Virus record (IMG/VR): IMGVR_UViG_3300008216_000009
Coordinates: 1 to 64,000 of that record
Source of the DNA: a virus
DNA: 64,000 nucleotides
Reading direction: 5' to 3' (one strand)
A program made the translations under genes and the position numbers. This document shows positions 25,877 to 35,540 of the stretch, in pieces. The notes beneath the pieces were generated by a model that was not told the DNA's origin, made no database searches, and worked only from the letters and a program-made list of their open reading frames with translations. Each line of letters begins with the position of its first letter. The first letter of the stretch is position 1.

Positions 25877-26161
25877 TTAGACTATCGATGGTCTTGTCAG
25901 TCCCTTCTTTTCTATTTGATCCCTGCAATAAATTGCTAGATCCTTTAACGACCACAGGGGTTCTTTCCCAACATTAGCAATAACATCGTCATTGGCTTGC
26001 TCAAGATGTTGTGCTAGTACCCACATCGCTTTTGCCAGTTGTCGTTCACAGATAAGTTTTTGTTCCTCTTCTATCGTTTCTATGTCTTCATGCATTATGG
26101 ATGCATGGATTTCTTGTGGTGTCATTAAAAGATCAGCGAGGTTAACATTAAAATAATCCAT
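25877..26161 (-). CDS. Hypothetical protein
   Basis: Coupled ORF. Confidence 0.6.
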   Translation of the reverse strand: MDYFNVNLADLLMTPQEIHASIMHEDIETIEEEQKLICERQLAKAMWVLAQHLEQANDDVIANVGKEPLWSLKDLAIYCRDQIEKKGLTRPSIV

Positions 26162-26382
26162 TATTTATTCGTCCTAATTTGATCTAGAAGCGCATTTAAC
26201 CGCTCTGCGGGATTTAAATCTTCTGGTTGTTTGGGATGGCCCACATGCCATCCATCGTGGATCTTGCAAGAATAAGGTGAAATAAAGTCTTTCTCTTTTA
26301 ATAAAGGATTCTTGTTATAAGAGTCAGCGTAATCCTTCGCTATTTTTTCTGTTGAATGTCTCTTTTTTGAGGAGCAATCCAC
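26161..26382 (-). CDS. YxCxxHxxWHxGH protein
   Basis: Similar to 18164-18436. Confidence 0.6.
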   Translation of the reverse strand: MDCSSKKRHSTEKIAKDYADSYNKNPLLKEKDFISPYSCKIHDGWHVGHPKQPEDLNPAERLNALLDQIRTNK

Positions 26383-26383
26383 A

Positions 26384-26749
26384 TCACACCACTTTATTAC
26401 CGTGTCTGTATGGACGAGTTTCGTTATAAGACATTTTTTCAGTTATGGCTTTTTCCAGGTCTAGTTTAAACTCCCCACACAGATCTGCTATACGTATAAC
26501 GACATCAGCAAGTTCTATAACAAATCCTTCGGGTTTCCCTTCCTGTGCCTCATACCACACATTATCTAGATGTTCCATTCCTGTCTCCCTGTATGCCTCC
26601 AGGGCTTCACTCACTTCACTGTGTATTAGAGCTAAAAGTTCGGGAATGTTTCTAGAGGAACTGGGCAACTCCGTTGAATCCCACCACCCCTTCTCTATGG
26701 CATTTTTATGGGATTTCTTTATGAGAGTTTTTATATCCATGTAAGCCAC
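26384..26749 (-). CDS. MazG-like nucleotide pyrophosphohydrolase
   Basis: LIHSEVSEALEA...ELADVVIRIADL...KMSYNETRPYRHG. Confidence 0.85.
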   Translation of the reverse strand: MAYMDIKTLIKKSHKNAIEKGWWDSTELPSSSRNIPELLALIHSEVSEALEAYRETGMEHLDNVWYEAQEGKPEGFVIELADVVIRIADLCGEFKLDLEKAITEKMSYNETRPYRHGNKVV

Positions 26750-27267
26750 TGTTCTCTATTGCAAACTATTGGTCGGGCTTGCATAGTATCTTTATAGGCA
26801 TCTTTTATTGACAGACCTTCATTCTTATGAAGATACCAGACCACTGCTAGGGGTGCTCTTTCCATACCCATTGCACAATGGAGAACAACGCTTTGATCCG
26901 TATCATCAAGAATCTCACCGATCTTGTTGGAGATCTTACTTAACGTGTCTTTAAAATTAGATTCGTAGGGCTGCAATCCCATAATTATATCAGAGCCTAT
27001 GCCAATTTCCGGGGCTACAGTAATAACATAGTGATCCAGAGCTATTGCTTCACAGGCACCTTCCCAGTCCGTTATACCTATCCTAGGACGTACCCAGGAT
27101 ATCTCATCTGGATTAAAATCTTTGGGTATAGATCTACCGACCATCCTGCTGAGGCCCGGTTGACCGTTGCTTCCATGCAGCCTCAGTTTAGAGGGTTGGC
27201 TGTTTTTAAGTTGGGGCAGTGTTAATGGCATTTTTTCTTTCCGTGCTTCCTTTACCATATCCGCCAT
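26731..27267 (-). CDS. Dual-specificity phosphatase family protein
   Basis: VVLHCAMGMERAP (HCX5R). Confidence 0.82.
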   Translation of the reverse strand: MADMVKEARKEKMPLTLPQLKNSQPSKLRLHGSNGQPGLSRMVGRSIPKDFNPDEISWVRPRIGITDWEGACEAIALDHYVITVAPEIGIGSDIIMGLQPYESNFKDTLSKISNKIGEILDDTDQSVVLHCAMGMERAPLAVVWYLHKNEGLSIKDAYKDTMQARPIVCNREQWLTWI

Positions 27268-27270
27268 ATA

Positions 27271-27840
27271 TTAAATTCTTACATCTACATCGTGAGCTAC
27301 GTATCCGTTGGGAGTCCATTTGGTCCAGGTGCCATCACAGTACCTTTTAGTCCAGCCACCCTCAGGGTTTCTTACGCTCTTAATCTTTTTGCCACCACAG
27401 TTGTATGAGCATCCTTCTTCGACAGCCCATTCACCCATCTCGCCTTTAGAACCGCCCATATACCATCGGGCATGCCCCTCGTCTATGAGAGCCTTGTTCA
27501 CATTCAAGCCTTCACCCGTGTTGGAGTTGATCCAGATCTCACCCAGGATTCGTCCAAATTTCCCCTTGCCATGTTTTGAAGTCTTGAGGATTACGTCCTT
27601 CTTGCCTCGCTTCTTGGGGAGCACATTAGCCGAAGCTATGAGTTCTTTGATCCTGTATTTCGCAGCCAGCCCCAGAACCTTTTCCTTCTTATTAGAGGTA
27701 AAGCTCTCAGGGGTATCTAACCCAAGAAGGCGAATGCGCTCTTCGTATATTATCTTGAAGCCCATGTCGATTCGAGCATCGACGGTATCACCATCAACTA
27801 TCCTCGTAATCACCACTGGAAACTGGAAACTGGGTCCCAT
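27271..27840 (-). CDS. Thermonuclease (SNase-like)
   Basis: RIVDGDTVD, RIRLLGLDTPES, GKFGRILG; promoter 27864-27892. Confidence 0.88.
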   Translation of the reverse strand: MGPSFQFPVVITRIVDGDTVDARIDMGFKIIYEERIRLLGLDTPESFTSNKKEKVLGLAAKYRIKELIASANVLPKKRGKKDVILKTSKHGKGKFGRILGEIWINSNTGEGLNVNKALIDEGHARWYMGGSKGEMGEWAVEEGCSYNCGGKKIKSVRNPEGGWTKRYCDGTWTKWTPNGYVAHDVDVRI

Positions 27841-27913
27841 GGATGCGTCTCCTCTCAAAAGAAATTATATGCGTTACTTCTATACATGTCAAGTACCTGC
27901 CATATTGCTACAG

Positions 27914-28882
27914 TTATCTGCTATTTAAAAATGTGGTAGTTAATTTGACATATTTCTTGTCTAGTCCTGATATGTTTTTGTAGTCATCCAACGATGTAAT
28001 CAACGTTTGTTTGTCTAGGGTGGTTACACTATAGTATTTCTGAATGGCTGCGATCCATTTACCAGAAATATTATTGGAATTCTGATTAGAGTTTATATAT
28101 TTTCTGTACTGGTCTTCAAGCTGATCTGGAACGTAAACAACAGTATTCGTGCCGTCTCTTGAAGCACATAATCTACATAACCATCTAATATTAAGTGGCT
28201 GAGTGTAGTCAGTATGGATAGCTTGAGTTTTGGGAGCGGCACATACTTCGCAGGGTTGTCTTATTAACACACCATCTTTGATGGCTTTAAAGACTTTGTA
28301 GTATGCCCTGCGTCGTTCCGGGTGCTTATTTATGAGAGCCTTGACTATTTTCTTATGTTTTTCTCTCCCGTGTTGAGTCTTGTTGTAATCTCTCTGCCAG
28401 TCGGACCTGCAGACAAGACATCTATGTTCATATCCCGAAGGAGATCGTTTACTTCGTGTGAACTCAGATAGGTTTTTAAATTTGTTGCAGGTTTTGCAAC
28501 GGTATTTATACCCTTCAACCCTATTGTCCTTTTTGTGTGAGTGTTTCCGGCATGCACTCGCATTTTTGGTTATCTCTACCTCACAAATTGGGCAACTTTT
28601 AACTACGTGGCCCGTTCTTTTATGGCGTATTTCACCTATCTCATCGAGTATTTGAGAGACTCTCTGCCTGGTGACACCAACTAATTTGCTGAGTTCTGAG
28701 GTGTTGATCTTTTTTAAATTGGTATTGAGTTCGAGATACTGTTGTATGGTTTCTTTAGGAGTCCCGCCTAGGGAATATTTATAGTGCTCAGTGGTAGGCG
28801 GAATAGATAAATCTGATTTTTGATTCTGGACTTGCTGGAGACCCAGTGGGTTTGTATTAGGTTGTTTTGAGGTATTAATCAT
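27914..28882 (-). CDS. HTH plus zinc-finger protein with degenerate HNH-like C-terminal module
   Basis: SELSKLVGVTRQRVSQIL HTH; several CxxC; PCEVC..TQAIHTDYTQPLNIRWLCRLC. Confidence 0.6.
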   Translation of the reverse strand: MINTSKQPNTNPLGLQQVQNQKSDLSIPPTTEHYKYSLGGTPKETIQQYLELNTNLKKINTSELSKLVGVTRQRVSQILDEIGEIRHKRTGHVVKSCPICEVEITKNASACRKHSHKKDNRVEGYKYRCKTCNKFKNLSEFTRSKRSPSGYEHRCLVCRSDWQRDYNKTQHGREKHKKIVKALINKHPERRRAYYKVFKAIKDGVLIRQPCEVCAAPKTQAIHTDYTQPLNIRWLCRLCASRDGTNTVVYVPDQLEDQYRKYINSNQNSNNISGKWIAAIQKYYSVTTLDKQTLITSLDDYKNISGLDKKYVKLTTTFLNSR

Positions 28883-28926
28883 GTGTCGTATCCAGGTTTA
28901 CTAGGCTACTAGGCAATTTTTACAGC

Positions 28927-28997
28927 ATTATACCTGACATCAAGACAAATGTAAACTAAAATCCGTGATTTACTCTTTTTGTTGATTATGGTATACT
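28927..28997. promoter_or_regulatory. Back-to-back divergent promoters at the strand switch
   Basis: - strand TTTACA-N17-TATAAT (28927-28955); + strand TTTACT-N17-TATACT (28969-28997). Confidence 0.75.
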
Positions 28998-29169
28998 GCT
29001 AGTAGAAATCTTTAATTCTGGAATTCAAAAATCGGAATTCGTACCTAAACAATAATCCAACATTTCGGTAAATACACTGTATATATATTTAAAATAAGAG
29101 GAAATACTTATAGATACAATAGACATGTATAATGGTTGATAGAATTAGGTATGTGTCAAGGAGTGGCGT

Positions 29170-29382
29170 GTGACTATAATAATTGCCGAACAGATCGAGG
29201 ATGGGGAGAAACAGGAATGTTGCCCTATATGTGGATCTCTTGGGGTAGTTCATTTCGAGGATACCTCTACCATCCCAGATATGCAGCATAGATGCCTCAG
29301 GTGCAATGGAGGGTGGGATGGATGTGTGGTTAGTAACAGCAACACTCTTGCAGAGAGGCTATCAAACTCAGAACAGAAGTAA
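29170..29382 (+). CDS. Small zinc-ribbon protein
   Basis: CPICG...CLRC; AGGAG RBS. Confidence 0.55.
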   Translation: MTIIIAEQIEDGEKQECCPICGSLGVVHFEDTSTIPDMQHRCLRCNGGWDGCVVSNSNTLAERLSNSEQK

Positions 29383-29390
29383 TTTTTTCA

Positions 29391-29645
29391 ATGAAAGATG
29401 ATCAGAGGGGACGTAAATTCAGGAGAATGCCCGAAATATCCTATGGCAAATGTATTCGTAAGGAGTGTAGATCGGTATCGGATCTGGCGGACGGTCTATG
29501 CATGGTCTGTTGGGATCGTACATCTTACAAGTGTGATCTGTACGAGGAGGGTGAGGATTTTATAGGGGAGGTTGAGGACTCTGAAAATGAACCTGGAGAA
29601 CAGAGAACTGGAAATAAGAGCCATATGAGTAATTTTCGATATTGA
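29391..29645 (+). CDS. Hypothetical protein
   Basis: Cys motifs; in gene string. Confidence 0.5.
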   Translation: MKDDQRGRKFRRMPEISYGKCIRKECRSVSDLADGLCMVCWDRTSYKCDLYEEGEDFIGEVEDSENEPGEQRTGNKSHMSNFRY

Positions 29646-29731
29646 ACTATTTTCCATATATGTGCTTTACATCCCTTCTGTCTTATGGTATACTACTAGC
29701 AGATTAAGAAAAGGAAGAAGGAGTAAGGCTA

Positions 29732-31303
29732 ATGTTTGCAGAAGATCTGAAATCGTACATAAAGGCGGGTCAGCCTTTAATCTATGTGACTGCTCTAGAA
29801 TTGCCCCGTGCGGCTTACAGCATTGAGACAATATGCAAGTCGTTGAATGGGGAAGGGTATCCTTTCCATGAGTGGAAGGTAACCACTGGTTGGGACGGCA
29901 CGGGGTCTGGTGACGATCCCGCTGAAGTTTTCGACTGGATAGACAAGTTTGACGACAACAGTGTGTGCTTGCTGTACAACTTTCATGGGTTTATCGGTGA
30001 GAATCCCGATATGCCTACAGTACAGAATTTCATTGATGGCTATGCACGATGGAAGGGGATTCGTCCTCGCACCGTGATAGTTCTGTCTCCCATATACAAA
30101 GTTGCCCCGGAGTTTGAGCGGCTTTTCCTGTCTGTTCCTTACGAACTTCCCACTCCTGTTCAGATTGAAGAGATAGTGGATGTGGTAACTAATGAATGGG
30201 TAGAACAGGGATTGTTCTCAGGGTGGGAGTCCGATGATGATAAGAGGCGTGTCATAGCCAATGCTGGAGGTATGACTGAGAATGAGGTTGAGAACGCACT
30301 AGCCTTATCGATGATAAAGACAAAGACATCTGTTGATCCTAAAATCATTATGTCCGAGAAGGCTAAGATTTTAGAGAGTTCTGGTGTATTGGAGTACACT
30401 CCCTTTGATGGAGATATGTCTTCTGTGGGTGGTCTGCAACTCCTCAAAGAGTGGCTGATTAGGCGTAAGAATGTAATATTTGACCCACGGTCAAAAGATT
30501 TTGGAATAGCTAACCCCAAGGGAGTTTTTCTTCTTGGCCCTCCAGGAACAGGCAAGAGCCTTACGGCAAAATGTATTGCCCAGGAATTCGGTTTACCTTT
30601 GATCAAGTTCGATATGAGCAAGGTCTTCAGTAAGTTTGTAGGCTCAAGCGAAGAGCGCATGAGGATGGTATTTAATCAGATAGAGAGTCTTGCCCCTGCA
30701 GTGTTGTGGGTGGATGAGATTGAAAAGGCAATGGCAGGTGCAAGTGGTGGCGGAGAACAGGACTCTGGCGTAAGCAAGCGTGTTTACGGACAGATGATTA
30801 CCTGGATGGAAGAACGCTCCAAGGACAAGCTGATTTATATAGTGGCTACTGCTAACAGCATACAGGGGCTTCCTGCTCCACTTCTCAGGCGGTTCGATGA
30901 AGTCTTCTGGGCCGACCTCCCTACACAGGCCAACAGAGAAGAAATCTTAGAGATTCATCTGACAAAGCGTGGCAAGGAAATGCCCTCTAAGTCCAGTGTG
31001 GGTAAAGTAGTTAGTCTTATGCAGGGTTTTTCCGGGGCCGAGATTGAGAAGGTCGTGGATGCTGCTCTAGTTGATGCATTTGCAGACGATCCAGATAGCC
31101 CTATTTTAAAAGGCAATCATTTAGAGGTAGCTGCATCAGCCATAGTGCCTCAGGCTAGGTTAAACCGTGAGGAAATAGAATCTTCTCGGACATGGGCATT
31201 CGGCAGGTGCAAAGAGGCTCAAGAAGGAGAGCCAGTACGTTTGGACAACATCAATATAGATAAAATGAATCTTATGGCAAGCCGTAGGGTGAGTTTGAAC
31301 TAG
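29732..31303 (+). CDS. AAA+ ATPase, Ycf46-like
   Basis: Walker A GPPGTGKS, Walker B LWVDEIEK, ATAN, RRFD, FSGAEI; degenerate N-terminal AAA domain; promoter 29666-29694. Confidence 0.9.
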   Translation: MFAEDLKSYIKAGQPLIYVTALELPRAAYSIETICKSLNGEGYPFHEWKVTTGWDGTGSGDDPAEVFDWIDKFDDNSVCLLYNFHGFIGENPDMPTVQNFIDGYARWKGIRPRTVIVLSPIYKVAPEFERLFLSVPYELPTPVQIEEIVDVVTNEWVEQGLFSGWESDDDKRRVIANAGGMTENEVENALALSMIKTKTSVDPKIIMSEKAKILESSGVLEYTPFDGDMSSVGGLQLLKEWLIRRKNVIFDPRSKDFGIANPKGVFLLGPPGTGKSLTAKCIAQEFGLPLIKFDMSKVFSKFVGSSEERMRMVFNQIESLAPAVLWVDEIEKAMAGASGGGEQDSGVSKRVYGQMITWMEERSKDKLIYIVATANSIQGLPAPLLRRFDEVFWADLPTQANREEILEIHLTKRGKEMPSKSSVGKVVSLMQGFSGAEIEKVVDAALVDAFADDPDSPILKGNHLEVAASAIVPQARLNREEIESSRTWAFGRCKEAQEGEPVRLDNINIDKMNLMASRRVSLN

Positions 31304-31373
31304 GATGATGTGCTTGACGTATTATCTAAATTAAGGTAAAATATAGGAAATAAAGAAAAGGAAGGGATTAGGA

Positions 31374-32225
31374 ATGGTTTTAACATCGGTTTCGGTTAAC
31401 GGTACGGGCGAATCAAGGGAGCTTGGGGGTATATGGAATAAGGGAATTCTTTGCCGCATACAGGGCGGCATTTGGTCCATGGAAGCCCGCCTTGATCCTG
31501 GAGACTTAAATATGCGGGGAGAAGAGCTTCCAGATTTTGTGAGGCTTGGATCAAAGCGACTACTTCCCAGCAAGGTCAAGCACGACTTTCTGAATACGAT
31601 TGGCAGGGCACGTAATGCTGCTGATCGCTATGGGTTTCCATTTTTCATAGGTGGCACCTCTTTCATACCATTCGAGAATTTTGATCTGCTGAAAGAGGCC
31701 ATAGAGAAAGAACGAACGACTTTTTTTGAGCATGTTGATAAGTTCATAAGTAGGTATGAAGATCATCGAAACGAGTATCTGGAAGCGTATCCTCAACATG
31801 CAGGTTCTCTGGCTATGCACTATCCAGATGTTGATTTTGTTCGGAGTAAGTTCAAGTTTGAGACAATCTACTATGCTGCGAACATTGGGAGTGTTATGGG
31901 GGCCGATGGCACGGCAGAGGATATGTATCTGTCTTGGGCCGTAAATTCAATGAACACTCTTAGGGCTGAAGCACGTCAGATAGCCGATAGAATAATAGAG
32001 GCGGATGCGAACGGCGGTAAGATAGATGGTCGTAATATGCGTCCCGTCCAGGGTCTGAGAGATAGAGTATCTGCAATGGATCTGTTGGAAGATCCTGATC
32101 TTAAGAGAGCAATCTTAGCATTGTCAGTGTCTCCTCCTGAGGGCATGAAGGAATATGCCAAAGAGTTGAAGGATGCTGCTGTGGATGTAAATCCTCTGTT
32201 TGTTAGAAGGATTTTAATAGATTAA
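31374..32225 (+). CDS. DUF3150-like hypothetical protein
   Basis: LGSKRLLP...AR...YGFPF...YP.....RSKF.F pattern; promoter 31314-31342. Confidence 0.55.
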   Translation: MVLTSVSVNGTGESRELGGIWNKGILCRIQGGIWSMEARLDPGDLNMRGEELPDFVRLGSKRLLPSKVKHDFLNTIGRARNAADRYGFPFFIGGTSFIPFENFDLLKEAIEKERTTFFEHVDKFISRYEDHRNEYLEAYPQHAGSLAMHYPDVDFVRSKFKFETIYYAANIGSVMGADGTAEDMYLSWAVNSMNTLRAEARQIADRIIEADANGGKIDGRNMRPVQGLRDRVSAMDLLEDPDLKRAILALSVSPPEGMKEYAKELKDAAVDVNPLFVRRILID

Positions 32226-32235
32226 AAAGGGAGAC

Positions 32236-32493
32236 ATGATGGGAAAGGCTATACAAGAAATTCAAAGTCAGAACGGCAACGGTACATATAACATAGTTCT
32301 TGGTAAGGATTATCGAATCTATTGCACATGCAAGGCTTGGCAGTTCAGTAGGCCACCGATCAAAGAGTGCAAGCACCTACGAGAGCTATTCGATGTAGCT
32401 ATTGAGGGACAGAGCGTTATGGTGGCCCTCCAGAAGCCGAAAGAGCCAAAGAGAAACGAGGGAATGTTCATCCGTAGGATTCTCATAGATTAA
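32236..32493 (+). CDS. SWIM zinc-finger protein
   Basis: CTCKAWQF...CKH. Confidence 0.8.
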   Translation: MMGKAIQEIQSQNGNGTYNIVLGKDYRIYCTCKAWQFSRPPIKECKHLRELFDVAIEGQSVMVALQKPKEPKRNEGMFIRRILID

Positions 32494-32566
32494 TAAAAAA
32501 ATTGAAGTGCTTGACTTGTATAGATATTTCCTATATAATGGGAACAAAGAAAAGGAAGTTTAGAAA

Positions 32567-32875
32567 ATGCCGTGCTACATAACATATCGAACTTACACAA
32601 CTATTAAGGATTCTGATTACGTTTCATTTTTGGATGCTGTCAGGTCTCTTGGTTACCAAGTGTCCACACTAGGATCGGTTATTGAGATAGATGGTGGTCG
32701 TGTAACTCTTAATCAATCGGGTGGCGGGTATGAGCTTGTTGGAGATAGAACTTTATGCGGTAAGTTTTTGCAGGAGCATAAACTCCGTAAGGCCGAAAAG
32801 GACGCAAGAAAGAAGGGTCAACGCACTAAGAGGTTGGTCAAGGCTAATGGTGATATAGCATTGGAGATTGCATAA
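32567..32875 (+). CDS. DUF1257-like hypothetical protein
   Basis: Size, context and A.K.G...G.I.L C-terminus; promoter 32511-32539. Confidence 0.5.
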   Translation: MPCYITYRTYTTIKDSDYVSFLDAVRSLGYQVSTLGSVIEIDGGRVTLNQSGGGYELVGDRTLCGKFLQEHKLRKAEKDARKKGQRTKRLVKANGDIALEIA

Positions 32876-33069
32876 TGGCAAATAAGAAATTGATTTTGAC
32901 ATTCTCAGCTTCTGGTACTGAAATAACGGCGGAGCTTGAGGGGTTCCCTCCTGGGGCTACTGCTGAGAAAGAGGCGGATAAGTACCTAAAGGGTATAGCT
33001 GTTAAGGATAAGGTCGGACATCGCCCGCACAAACATACAAAGGAAGGTCAGGTAGTCTACACAGGCTAG
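32875..33069 (+). CDS. DUF2997-like small protein
   Basis: Beta-hairpin plus EGF.G motif; context next to the DUF1257-like gene. Confidence 0.45.
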   Translation: MANKKLILTFSASGTEITAELEGFPPGATAEKEADKYLKGIAVKDKVGHRPHKHTKEGQVVYTG

Positions 33070-33071
33070 TT

Positions 33072-33689
33072 ATGAATACTTTTAATGACAAAAACATAGA
33101 GCATTCACGTTCGAAGACTCAGAAGCTGCATCCCAAGGAAACGTCTGCTTCAGCGGTTGATACGTGGTCTGGGATATCTTTTGTCAGTACGCCCACCTCT
33201 GAGACTATTCCAGCCAAATGGGTATTCGTCTTTTTTGATTTACCTAGTGAGGAGTTTACTAGACGAGTAGCCTTACATAGGCAGTTCCGTAAGGTCGGTT
33301 TGGCAATGCATTCTCAGAGTGTTTACTTTATGCCGTATAGCCGACTGGCCTATAAAGCTGTTAGTGGCATAGATGAGAGCCTCATGGTGATAAGGGCAAA
33401 TATTGAAGACAATAAATCAGTCCTTCTCGTTGGTTTGTATCAAAGGCTTATAGAGTCTCTGTTTCTAGAGGTTGAGAATAAGGTAGAGGAGCTTGCAGAG
33501 GCTAAGGCCGATTCTGATAATACTCGTGGATATACAAAGAGGTATAAGAAAATGTTGGAGCGTCTTGACGATCTAAAATCTGTTGTCAAGTCTGTCCCAT
33601 CTGATTCATATACACAACGCATCAAATTATTGGAGTTAATGGTAGAAGAGATTGATGAAAGAGCACCCGGGGTGGGAGTTAGTTATTAA
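33072..33689 (+). CDS. Cas2/PaaX/ChrB-N-like ferredoxin-fold protein
   Basis: WVFVFFDLP.....RVALHRQFRKVG....SQSVYFMP. Confidence 0.6.
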   Translation: MNTFNDKNIEHSRSKTQKLHPKETSASAVDTWSGISFVSTPTSETIPAKWVFVFFDLPSEEFTRRVALHRQFRKVGLAMHSQSVYFMPYSRLAYKAVSGIDESLMVIRANIEDNKSVLLVGLYQRLIESLFLEVENKVEELAEAKADSDNTRGYTKRYKKMLERLDDLKSVVKSVPSDSYTQRIKLLELMVEEIDERAPGVGVSY

Positions 33690-33802
33690 GGAGAATTGAA
33701 TGTCAGTAACTAGACAGCCTATAGAAGACAAGCAAGCATATACGATATTACTAGAGTGTAAATATGCTCCAATCTTAGATTGGTTTAATTATTGTCCAAT
33801 GT

Positions 33803-34465
33803 GTGAGCATCCTGTTAAGAAAGGATAGGGTGGAGTCCATAGAAAAAATCGCCACATTTCCCGATGCTCCAGCTATAGAGTATCAGGATTTACGTGTTCC
33901 ATTTTTAGAGATAAATACTCGTGAACAGTGGCAATATTTTGTCAGAAATATAGACAATGGAACATACATCCTGGTTCACGATGTGGATGTTTGGCATAGA
34001 ACACGAGGAGTGATTCGTCCAGAACAAAGATGTTTTTTATATGATAAAATTTTACGGAAATTGGGATCCTGGGATGGATCCCATATTATTTCTAGGCATG
34101 ATTCTCGTAAACGTTTGTGGGTTACTGTTTCCCTTCCTGATTATTTTTGTGATGTTTGTGGTAAGCGCATTAAGCCCTATAGAAAAGTATGTCAGTCATG
34201 CCGTATAAAGCAATATCATAGGGACAGGCCGTTTTTTCCCAGAAGAGAGCCTGTTGAGATTAGCATTGGAGACTATGATCTTGAATCGGCCTACCGCCAA
34301 TTTAAGATGATTTCGAGGCATCAACGTTTAGTTGTTACTCATTTGGACTGCAATGGAGTGGATAGGTGCCTTCATGTACGGTATTATTTCCATAGATACC
34401 GCCAAACATTGCCTAAGCGTACTTCCAAAGTGTCTGGTAATATAACTGAGGTAGTTCAACTTTAA
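33803..34465 (+). CDS. Hypothetical protein
   Basis: 220-aa ORF with CxxC pair. Confidence 0.55.
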   Translation: MSILLRKDRVESIEKIATFPDAPAIEYQDLRVPFLEINTREQWQYFVRNIDNGTYILVHDVDVWHRTRGVIRPEQRCFLYDKILRKLGSWDGSHIISRHDSRKRLWVTVSLPDYFCDVCGKRIKPYRKVCQSCRIKQYHRDRPFFPRREPVEISIGDYDLESAYRQFKMISRHQRLVVTHLDCNGVDRCLHVRYYFHRYRQTLPKRTSKVSGNITEVVQL

Positions 34466-34720
34466 TGTGTGTGATATGTGGGGAGTCTGTTGATCGTCAG
34501 GAATGTGATTTTTGTGGCGAATCAGTGTGTGATGATTGCATTATAGAGTCAGAAGGCATTTCAAACGACAGCTTTTGTTCTGAGGATTGTGCTAGGGATT
34601 TTGGTGAAGGTTAGAGGTGTTTCAAAAAGCTCACTTTTTTCGGTGAGAAATTGTTTTACATTTAACATTTAAATAGGTATACTCAGAATAATCGCTGTGG
34701 CGGTAAGGTAAGGTAAGGCT

Positions 34721-34960
34721 ATGGAATGGGAAGATCGGTTTGATACATCTGTAAAGGCGTTAGTTAGGGAAATACTGACTATTTTGGAGAGTGTTATAGT
34801 TGTGGATAGCCAAAGGAAGGCTCTCCGTACAATAATGCGGAAAACAATTTATACTATTACAGATAACTTAAAAGAGGATATTATTTCTGAGGTCGGACCC
34901 ATAAAACCTGCTTCTGTCGCAGATAAGCAGGAATTCACGTTCCCCAGAGGAGAACAGTAA
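34721..34960 (+). CDS. Hypothetical protein
   Basis: Downstream of TTTACA-N17-TATACT at 34655-34683. Confidence 0.6.
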   Translation: MEWEDRFDTSVKALVREILTILESVIVVDSQRKALRTIMRKTIYTITDNLKEDIISEVGPIKPASVADKQEFTFPRGEQ

Positions 34961-35535
34961 TGCCTGATCACCAGGGAAGACAGGATTTTCCAGAGGTAGC
35001 CGACGAAAAAATTAATATAGGTACTTTTAACGAGTGGGCACCTTTGGGGGTTTCAGATATATATTCTCCCAAGGAGGAGCCAAAGTTGCGGGATCAGGTG
35101 ATGCTTGATCAAGCTGCCATGCTCAAAGAAATTGTAAGCATGATCGAAAGTTTTAGTGGCAAGAAGTCCACCGCTAAGAAAGTTGAAGATCCCTATAAAG
35201 GGTCTTCAATCAAGAAGGCCACCGGGTGGACTATGGATAAGCAAAATCCTGAAGTTCAAAGTGAGGGCTTCGGAAATGATGCTTATTATAGACCTCCCAG
35301 TAAGAAAGAACTTTCCACAGGTCATGCTTCTATGAGGGGCGAAAAGTCTGAATGGGATACTCATGGTAAGCCAAAAACATCTGGGGTTAATAAACAGGAG
35401 TTTGAAAAGTCTGGATTTGAGATGTGTGCAAAGTGTGGAGACAAGTTGGAGAAGGGCGGTGGTTGCCCTCCCTGCGACGAAAAAGAAACTTTAGAGAAGT
35501 CAATTGTTAAGTCTATAAATACTTATCTGAGGTAA
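34960..35535 (+). CDS. Hypothetical head-region protein
   Basis: Coupled ORF; repeated hydrophobic-x-K(S/G) motifs. Confidence 0.65.
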   Translation: MPDHQGRQDFPEVADEKINIGTFNEWAPLGVSDIYSPKEEPKLRDQVMLDQAAMLKEIVSMIESFSGKKSTAKKVEDPYKGSSIKKATGWTMDKQNPEVQSEGFGNDAYYRPPSKKELSTGHASMRGEKSEWDTHGKPKTSGVNKQEFEKSGFEMCAKCGDKLEKGGGCPPCDEKETLEKSIVKSINTYLR

Positions 35536-35540
35536 ATATA

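Noticed and set aside
34702-34718. GGTAA x3 upstream of 34721 resembling the box
   Set aside because: Lacks the AAAG(A/C)T half and the terminator context; probably part of the RBS region.
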